From an uncultured candidate division Zixibacteria bacterium (GTDB lineage Bacteria > Zixibacteria > MSB-5A5 > UBA10806), in assembly GCA_963817915.1 (NCBI GenBank), contig CAWFQL010000012.1, positions 352,001 to 416,000 of the forward strand: 64,000 nucleotides of DNA, written 5' to 3'. The notes beneath the pieces were generated by a model. It saw only the letters and a program-made list of their open reading frames with translations. It made no database searches and was not told the DNA's origin. The position numbers and the translations under genes were made by a program. Position 1 is the first letter of the stretch. Each line of letters starts with the position of its first letter. Shown in pieces: positions 57,732 to 64,000 of the stretch.

Positions 57732-58683
57732 TTAGTACTTTGAATCACGGGGCTTGGAATCGGATGGCTTCGAGCCATGCTTGGCTTCCTGGCTGATTTT
57801 TACTCCAGCAGATGCTCCGATTCGCGTAGCTCCCGCTTCAATCATCTTTTGAGCGTCGGCGAGACTTCGAATCCCACCCGCCGCTTTTATCCCCATCGAT
57901 GTGCCCTTAACCGCTTCTCTCATTAATGCCACATCATGAACAGTCGCCCCGCCCGGGCCATATCCAGTCGATGTTTTTACGAAATTTGCCCCGGCTTTTT
58001 TCGCAATTTGACAGGCCGAGAAATTTCTCGTCATCCGTGAGCAATGCTGTTTCGATAATGACCTTGGAAATAGCCCCGCCGTCGCGGCAAGCCTCAACAA
58101 CCGCTCTTATATCGCGCAAAACCAGATCCTGGTCGCCGCCCTTAAGCGCGCCGACATTGATAACCATATCGATTTCCCTGGCACCATCGCGGATAGCCCT
58201 TCGAGCCTCCATGGCTTTAATATCCGGCGTGGTTGCCCCGAATGGAAACCCGACAACTGAGCAAACCTTGACCCCGGTGCCTCTAAGCAATTCCGAACAA
58301 TACTTGATATATGACGGATTGACACAGACCGATGCGAAATTATAGGCCCTGGCTTCTTCGCATAATTTCTTGATATCCGCCGGAGTGGCCTGCGGATTCA
58401 ATAACGTATGATCGATATAGTGGGCAATGTCCGACGGTATATCTTTGCCATTCGGAGTATATCCGATTCTACCCGCGCCCGCGCTGATTACGCTTTTAAC
58501 CAATTCAGCATCTATTTCGGTGGGATGACCGTAATGAATAATCACGGTATTGCCATTGGTGCAAACCAGGCTTTTATCATCAATGACTTTACAGCTTCCG
58601 CCCATCAATGATTGAATCCGGTCGGCAATTTTCCGCAAATCGTCGGGTGAAACAGTATTGGTATCGCATTCGCAATCCTGCAT
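57732..58683 (-). pseudogene. deoC: Deoxyribose-phosphate aldolase (DERA) domain, split by a +1 frameshift near 58017-58026; probably the C-terminal half of an RpiB-DeoC fusion
   Basis: One frame carries [35 protein letters not shown]. The other frame carries [35 protein letters not shown]. Removing one base gives ...[15 protein letters not shown]... Confidence 0.8.
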
Positions 58684-59143
58684 TTTTCGGCATCTGCGGC
58701 GGATTGCCTTTTTCAATATCGGTAATCATCGCCACCCGTTTCTTATGGCGGTCAATTGTGCATTCTGATGACAAAAACGTATCCACTATCTGTTTGGCCA
58801 GTTCGAAACCGATTAGTCCCGCGCCGAGAGTCAATACATTGGCGTCATTATGTTCGCGGCTGTTTTTCGCCGATGAAACATCGTAGCACAGAGCCGCTCG
58901 AACCCCGGGCACCTTATTGGCCACAATGCACGACCCGATTCCGGCGCCGTCGATCATTATGCCGCGGGAGCATTTACCATTGCCGACAAGCGATGCCACG
59001 GCGTAAGCGAATCTTGGATAATCAACCGAATCGGTGCATTTGGTGCCGCAATCTTCGACCGATATTCCTTTTTCGGAAAGATGTTTTTTTAGCTTTTCTT
59101 TGAGTTCGAATCCGCCGTGGTCGGCGCCAATTGCAATTTCCAT
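58589..59143 (-). CDS. rpiB: RpiB/LacA/LacB sugar-phosphate isomerase domain, with an out-of-frame tail overlapping deoC
   Basis: [48 protein letters not shown]. Confidence 0.85.
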   Translation of the reverse strand: MEIAIGADHGGFELKEKLKKHLSEKGISVEDCGTKCTDSVDYPRFAYAVASLVGNGKCSRGIMIDGAGIGSCIVANKVPGVRAALCYDVSSAKNSREHNDANVLTLGAGLIGFELAKQIVDTFLSSECTIDRHKKRVAMITDIEKGNPPQMPKNAGLRMRYQYCFTRRFAENCRPDSIIDGRKL

Positions 59144-59299
59144 CGTTTTTCCTAAAATTCGCCTACAAATACGATAACAATAGCCATCTTTAATCATGTA
59201 TAGCATTGATTTAAGTATGCTGTCAAGGATGATTTTGAATGTAGAGATTGCTTCTGAAAAGTCATGATAGAAGATATGTTTATTTCATTTCTAACTCGC

Positions 59300-59326
59300 G
59301 GAACTTAATAGTAATTTCTAATTGTT
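59300..59326 (+). promoter_or_regulatory. ECF-sigma-type promoter candidate, GGAAC-N18-TGTT
   Basis: GGAAC TTAATAGTAATTTCTAAT TGTT, upstream of the M36 gene. Confidence 0.45.
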
Positions 59327-59378
59327 AAATTCGCAGTATTCATTATATTGGATATTAAATTAACTTCGGGAGGAGCCA

Positions 59379-62342
59379 ATGATTTTTGGAAAGATAATGA
59401 GAACGACTGTTGGACTTGCAATTTCGATATTAATATTTGCACCTATTATACAGGCCAAGAAAGCTCCCGATCCGGAAAGCGTTGTCAATAAGCCATTTGT
59501 GCGGCCATCGGCGGGCGCCCCCCGGGCCATGACGGATCAATACGACAATAATGGCTTCGCCAGTCGTCTTTATTTCCCGAACTTTCAATCATCCTTCAAA
59601 AGCACTGACCAGATTGTCAACGAATATCTGGCACAAAACCAATCCCTTTTGGGAATCAAGAGTGACGGGACTGATCTGAGCCTTTTTTCAATCAGACACT
59701 CTATCGCAGGTTACCATTATAGGTACCAGCAAGTTGTAGATGGCGTGCCGGTTTTTGGCCGCTGGCTGGTTGTCAATATCAGATTTGACAATGTGATATC
59801 GTCTGTGATTTCGGATTATGTACATAATATCAATATTACTACCATACCTACCTTGACCTCTAAAAATGCAGAGGAATTGGCTATTAACGAAATCGATGTA
59901 AAATCATTCAGCGGTGAGGTCACATCTGAACTTGTAATTTATGCTAATGATACGGAACCTGTTCTATGCTGGAAAGTCCTTATTCCCGCTGAAAAGCCAA
60001 GAGGGGACTGGCAGGTTTTCGTCGATGCCAACAATGGCCGCATTGTTGATAAAGACAATACGATGGTTTTTGTCGATGGCACCGGGTACATGTTTAATCC
60101 TAATCCGGTTGTATCCGAACAGAACATGAATTTAGCCGACTCATCCAATAGAAATTATCCGGCGCTTACCAACGCTCGTCGGGTTGGGTCATTGCGAGAA
60201 TTAAATGCTCCTCAGGGAGGATATTACTTTCTCTCCGGACCATTTGCCAATACAGGACCGACATCAAATAGAGCCCATCTTGCCAACCCAGATTCATTTT
60301 TCTATAATCGCAATGTAAATCAATTTGAAGAAGTGACAGCGTATTTTCATATAGATTCCTGTGCCAGGTATTATCAAGCATTAGGATTTACGGACATCAT
60401 GCAATATTCAATCAATCTTAATGTTGGTGGTACCACAGATGATAATTCCTGGTTCCAGCCCTCTTCGCACACAATTACATATGGCACTGGCGGCGTAGAT
60501 GACGCCGAAGATGGCGACGTAATTGTTCATGAGTATGGCCACGCTACCCAATACAATCAGGTTCCGGGATGGGGGCAACTTGAAGAAGGCGGCGCCATGG
60601 GTGAGGGATTCGGCGATTATCTGACTGTAGGTTTCTTTCATTCGGTTTCAGGCGGATGGCATGAAGCTCAGGTATTCGATTGGGATGGCAATCCTCGCGA
60701 TAATTTTTGGCCGGGAAGAAGAGTCGATGGAAATAAGCATTACCCACAAGATATGGATGGAGAAGTTCACGACGACGGCGAAATATGGAGCAGATGCCTT
60801 TGGGATATGCAGAATTACCTTGGCAATGACCTAACTGTCCGGCTCGTGCTCGAAAGCCATTTTAATTTAACACCTAGAGCTCGCTTCATCGATGGAGCTA
60901 ACGCGATAGTTCAGGCCGATATGGATCTCTATAATGGAGTGCACCTAATGTCTATCGGGCGGGCCTTCTTTGATAGAGGCATTTTTACCGAGTTGCCTTT
61001 TCATCTGAGTATTTCGCATACGCCATTAACTGATACCGAGGATTCAACAGGTACATTTGACTTATTTGCCATTTTAGATCATACATTCCCGATTGATTCG
61101 GTACTGCTTTATTATCGATTTGATACGACATCCGAATGGAGCACCGGCATCTTAGGGCCATTAGCTCCGCCTCCGCCCAATAGATATGCGGCCAGCATCC
61201 CTGGGCCTTCACATCAATCAATGGTATATTATTATCTAAGAGCGGTTGATAGCCTTGGAATTACCGCGACTTTACCGGAGCGGGCGCCTGCAAGTACATT
61301 TTCATTCTATGTAGGAATAGATACAGTTCTACCGACAATTACTCATCAGCGGTTAGCGGATATACCATCAATCATGTGGCCGCCCCAAATTCTGGCAAGA
61401 GTCACGGATAATATTGTCGTAGAATCAGTAACAGTTGAATTCATGGTCAATAATGGCCCTATCAATATTGCGCCGTTGACCAGAAGCGACACTTCCGATT
61501 TAATCTGGAGCGGAATATTTACGGGTTCTGTCCAGCCTGATGATAGCATAAGCTACAGAATAAAAGCCATGGATCAATCATCCCGTAGAAATCTGAATTA
61601 TAATCCAATCGTAGGATATAATTCATTTAAAATTCTTAATATGCAACAGGTTACTTACATGCGGGACGGTTTCGCTATTCCGGATTATGGCGCTTCCGTA
61701 TTCGATACTTTGAACGTGCCTGACCATTTCAGCATATTTGACGTTGATGTTTTTGTGGACATCGACCATCCGCGAATCGGTGATTTAATTGTTTGGATTC
61801 GCGATCCGTTGGGCCGTTTGGTGATTTTGCATAATAGAACCGGGGGGGATGGCGATAGCATTGTCGGATGGTACGGGGATGACTTGCAACCTGATGGTAC
61901 CGGGAATCTCGATGTATTCAGAGGAGATTCGTCGCAAGGGAACTGGGTATTTTATGTATCCGACCGGGTCGCAGGCGGAGAAACAGGAGTTCTGAATAGC
62001 TGGGGATTGCGAATTGTCGGTACAGGACAGCGTGTAGGAATTAACGAGGATCGCAAAATTCTGCCTGAAGCGTTTACGCTGAACCAGAATTACCCCAATC
62101 CATTTAATCCTTCGACCAATATTTCATTCAATCTTCCACAGAGCGGCGATGTCAAACTCGAGATTTTCGATCTTCTGGGCAGACGGGTTTCTACATTGAT
62201 AGACAATAATTTGATTGCCGGTCCTCACATCTTGACTTGGGACGGCAGAAACGGCGCAACTCAGGCGTCATCAGGTATTTACTTTGCACGATTGACCGCA
62301 GGCAATCGAACAGCGGTTATTCGAATGTCGCTCATAAAATAA
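59379..62342 (+). CDS. Secreted M36/M4-like metallopeptidase with FTP/PepSY propeptide, proprotein-convertase P domain and T9SS-like CTD
   Basis: YQQ..DGVPV, VDA..G.I, VHEYGHA, GAMGEGFGD, GEVH.DGEIWS, I.HP.IGDL, G.W...V.D...G..G.L.SW.L, QNYPNPFNP. Confidence 0.85.
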   Translation: MIFGKIMRTTVGLAISILIFAPIIQAKKAPDPESVVNKPFVRPSAGAPRAMTDQYDNNGFASRLYFPNFQSSFKSTDQIVNEYLAQNQSLLGIKSDGTDLSLFSIRHSIAGYHYRYQQVVDGVPVFGRWLVVNIRFDNVISSVISDYVHNINITTIPTLTSKNAEELAINEIDVKSFSGEVTSELVIYANDTEPVLCWKVLIPAEKPRGDWQVFVDANNGRIVDKDNTMVFVDGTGYMFNPNPVVSEQNMNLADSSNRNYPALTNARRVGSLRELNAPQGGYYFLSGPFANTGPTSNRAHLANPDSFFYNRNVNQFEEVTAYFHIDSCARYYQALGFTDIMQYSINLNVGGTTDDNSWFQPSSHTITYGTGGVDDAEDGDVIVHEYGHATQYNQVPGWGQLEEGGAMGEGFGDYLTVGFFHSVSGGWHEAQVFDWDGNPRDNFWPGRRVDGNKHYPQDMDGEVHDDGEIWSRCLWDMQNYLGNDLTVRLVLESHFNLTPRARFIDGANAIVQADMDLYNGVHLMSIGRAFFDRGIFTELPFHLSISHTPLTDTEDSTGTFDLFAILDHTFPIDSVLLYYRFDTTSEWSTGILGPLAPPPPNRYAASIPGPSHQSMVYYYLRAVDSLGITATLPERAPASTFSFYVGIDTVLPTITHQRLADIPSIMWPPQILARVTDNIVVESVTVEFMVNNGPINIAPLTRSDTSDLIWSGIFTGSVQPDDSISYRIKAMDQSSRRNLNYNPIVGYNSFKILNMQQVTYMRDGFAIPDYGASVFDTLNVPDHFSIFDVDVFVDIDHPRIGDLIVWIRDPLGRLVILHNRTGGDGDSIVGWYGDDLQPDGTGNLDVFRGDSSQGNWVFYVSDRVAGGETGVLNSWGLRIVGTGQRVGINEDRKILPEAFTLNQNYPNPFNPSTNISFNLPQSGDVKLEIFDLLGRRVSTLIDNNLIAGPHILTWDGRNGATQASSGIYFARLTAGNRTAVIRMSLIK

Positions 62343-62367
62343 GACATTTTCAAAAAGACTATATATT

Positions 62368-62394
62368 CGGGGCCGAATTGGCCCCGTTTTTTTT
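62368..62394 (+). terminator. Rho-independent terminator
   Basis: CGGGGCC-GAATT-GGCCCCG-TTTTTTTT. Confidence 0.85.
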
Positions 62395-62454
62395 AGGCTC
62401 ACTTCGCTAAGTCAAATTACCGTAGTCGGCATTCAAATAATATCATATTCCAAC

Positions 62455-62483
62455 TTGACACCCGATACGGCAAATTATATTAT
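62455..62483 (+). promoter_or_regulatory. Sigma70-type promoter
   Basis: TTGACA-N17-TATTAT, upstream of ATG 62527. Confidence 0.6.
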
Positions 62484-62526
62484 CTTGTCCTAAAATGAGA
62501 TACCGTGGGAATAACGAGATAAGTCT

Positions 62527-63207
62527 ATGACATTGAATGTTCGCGATGCAGCCGTTTTGCTGGGTGTCTCCGAAAAGACTGTTTACCGTTGGATCTCCCA
62601 GCAAAAATTACCCGCATCCCGTCTTGGCGACCAATATCGTCTAAATCGCGCCGAATTACTCGAATGGGCAACCGCCAATCAGGTCAAAATCTCTCCAAAG
62701 ATATTTGACAAAGATGGAACAGAAGGTTCGATAAGCCTTGAAAGTGGTCTGCGTTCAGGAGGCGTATTTTATCGAGTAGGTGGCACCGATAAGGAATCAG
62801 TTATTAAAGAAGTGGTTCAAATTATGCCGCTTCCGGATGAGGTCGATCGTCAATATCTATTGGACGTACTATTGGCGCGTGAATCGATGGGCTCAACCGG
62901 CATTGGCGAAGGTATCGCGATCCCGCACGTTCGCAACCCAATCGTAATGCATATTCCGCGGCCTATGGTCTCGCTCTGCTTTCTTGAAAACGCTATCGAT
63001 TTCGATGCCATAGATCGAAAACCCGTGCATACTCTATTCACTATTGTCAGCCCTACCATCCGAGCGCATCTGAATCTACTCTCTGGCCTCGCTTACGCTC
63101 TGCGCGACCCGGAATTCGCGGCGATAATCGGCAAACAGGGGCTAAGAGAGGATGTCTTCGCCGCCGCAAAACGAATTGATTCATTAATCGGCCCTCGAAA
63201 TGTATAA
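62527..63207 (+). CDS. Excisionase-type HTH + PTS EIIA (Fru/Ntr-like) fusion protein
   Basis: L.V.DAA.LLGVSEKTVYRWI...LPA; RE..GSTGIG.GIAIPH phospho-His motif. Confidence 0.88.
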   Translation: MTLNVRDAAVLLGVSEKTVYRWISQQKLPASRLGDQYRLNRAELLEWATANQVKISPKIFDKDGTEGSISLESGLRSGGVFYRVGGTDKESVIKEVVQIMPLPDEVDRQYLLDVLLARESMGSTGIGEGIAIPHVRNPIVMHIPRPMVSLCFLENAIDFDAIDRKPVHTLFTIVSPTIRAHLNLLSGLAYALRDPEFAAIIGKQGLREDVFAAAKRIDSLIGPRNV

Positions 63208-63224
63208 TAGATAAAGCTTTCTTT

Positions 63225-64000
63225 ATGTACTTATTTATTGCATCGTTAATCGTATTTCTAATTGGCGCCCTTCTATCATTAATTATTTCCTCCAAATGGT
63301 CTCGAATTGCCGGACCAATAGCGTCAGTAATTGGATCGGCGCTTGCGGCAATTGCCAGCGTAACAGTTCTGGTAAGCGGCCAAAATTTGGATCTGCTGCT
63401 GTCGTGGCAGTTTCCGCTTGGCTCATTTCATATAGGTTTCGATCCGTTGACAGCGATATTCATGCTGCCGGTTTCTATTATCAGCGCTCTCGCGGCCATC
63501 TTTGGCCAGAAGTATCTTCAAAGCGAAAATAATAACGCTCGGGCAGCCCATTCCTGGTGCCTTTACAATATTTTCATCGCTTCCATGCTCTTGGTGCTGG
63601 TGGCGAGAAATGGTTTTCTATTTTTGCTGGCCTGGGAAATGATGTCTATGGCTTCATTTTTCCTCGTGCTCTATGATCATGAAAAGCCGGAAGTCGGACG
63701 GGCGGGATGGATATATTTCATAGCCGCGCATATCGGGGTGGCATTTCTCTTAGTAATGTTTTTGCTGATGGATCCATCGGGAACGATGGAGTTCAGCTTG
63801 TTCAGCATCAATAGTCAATTCGCCAATACGATTTTTATACTCGGTCTAATTGGTTTTGGCTCAAAAGCGGGGATTATTCCTCTGCATGTCTGGCTTCCTG
63901 AGGCACATCCTGCTGCACCCTCGCATGTCTCCGCGGTCATGAGCGGCGTGATGATCAAATTGGGGATTTACGGCATACTACGAATGCTTCTTATTCTTGG
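63225..64000 (+). CDS. Proton-conducting membrane subunit, HyfB/hydrogenase-4-like (truncated by the window)
   Basis: Open from ATG 63225 to the window end; hydrophobic; FLLAWEMMS..SFFLV and GFGSKAG..PLHVWLPEAHPAAPSHVSAVMSGVMIK. Not in the ORF track because no stop lies in the window. Confidence 0.85.
   Translation, partial: MYLFIASLIVFLIGALLSLIISSKWSRIAGPIASVIGSALAAIASVTVLVSGQNLDLLLSWQFPLGSFHIGFDPLTAIFMLPVSIISALAAIFGQKYLQSENNNARAAHSWCLYNIFIASMLLVLVARNGFLFLLAWEMMSMASFFLVLYDHEKPEVGRAGWIYFIAAHIGVAFLLVMFLLMDPSGTMEFSLFSINSQFANTIFILGLIGFGSKAGIIPLHVWLPEAHPAAPSHVSAVMSGVMIKLGIYGILRMLLIL

Noticed and set aside
58683..58690. Programmed ribosomal frameshift or polymerase slippage site joining rpiB and deoC
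   Set aside because: Only five As, no canonical slippery heptamer or obvious stimulator, and a second independent frameshift would still break DERA.
62527..62700. Prophage excisionase
   Set aside because: The HTH is fused to EIIA, and no integrase or phage genes are nearby.
1..64000. CRISPR array, tRNA/rRNA, IS element or integrase
   Set aside because: No regularly spaced repeats, cloverleaf signatures or transposase/recombinase ORFs seen by eye; a tRNAscan/Rfam run would be needed to exclude small RNAs.

Overview
Bacterial chromosomal window, almost entirely protein-coding. I recognised no rRNA, tRNA, CRISPR array or transposase. Five secreted proteins end in a 'N(Y/A)YPNPFN...GxYFY/A' T9SS-type-A/FlgD-like sorting domain, which suggests an FCB-group organism such as Zixibacteria (inference only). 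In order, the window holds: an mlaEFD-type MCE operon; a double-cubane-cluster reductase plus ATP-dependent activator; a DUF5916 protein; a MacA/MacB-like pair with no ATPase; bshB1; an operon ending in a secreted 12xCxxC/DA1-like metallopeptidase; nadC-birA; a GAF kinase and response regulator; a secreted protease set (M14, two C25 gingipain-like, M36, C1, plus cytoplasmic M3); a 5'-nucleotidase; an orphan DUF6519 gene; a three-gene block headed by a lytic-transglycosylase-like protein; ada; a nucleotidyltransferase two-gene module; DUF47-PiT; a cupredoxin; a type III PKS; an ECF sigma/anti-sigma operon; an orphan RHH protein; a sugar-phosphate-utilisation (SPU-type) bacterial microcompartment locus; and an HTH-EIIA gene before a truncated HyfB-like gene. 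The strongest leads are: (1) the microcompartment locus, whose rpiB-deoC appears to be one fused gene broken by two +1 frameshifts; (2) the uncharacterised muralytic/partner/secreted trio at 35.7-40.6 kb; (3) a recurring GGAAC-N17/18-NGTT motif defining a probable ECF regulon; (4) gingipain homologues lacking the catalytic His; (5) the secreted DA1-like zinc-finger protease. All product calls come from motif recognition by eye; no database searches were run.
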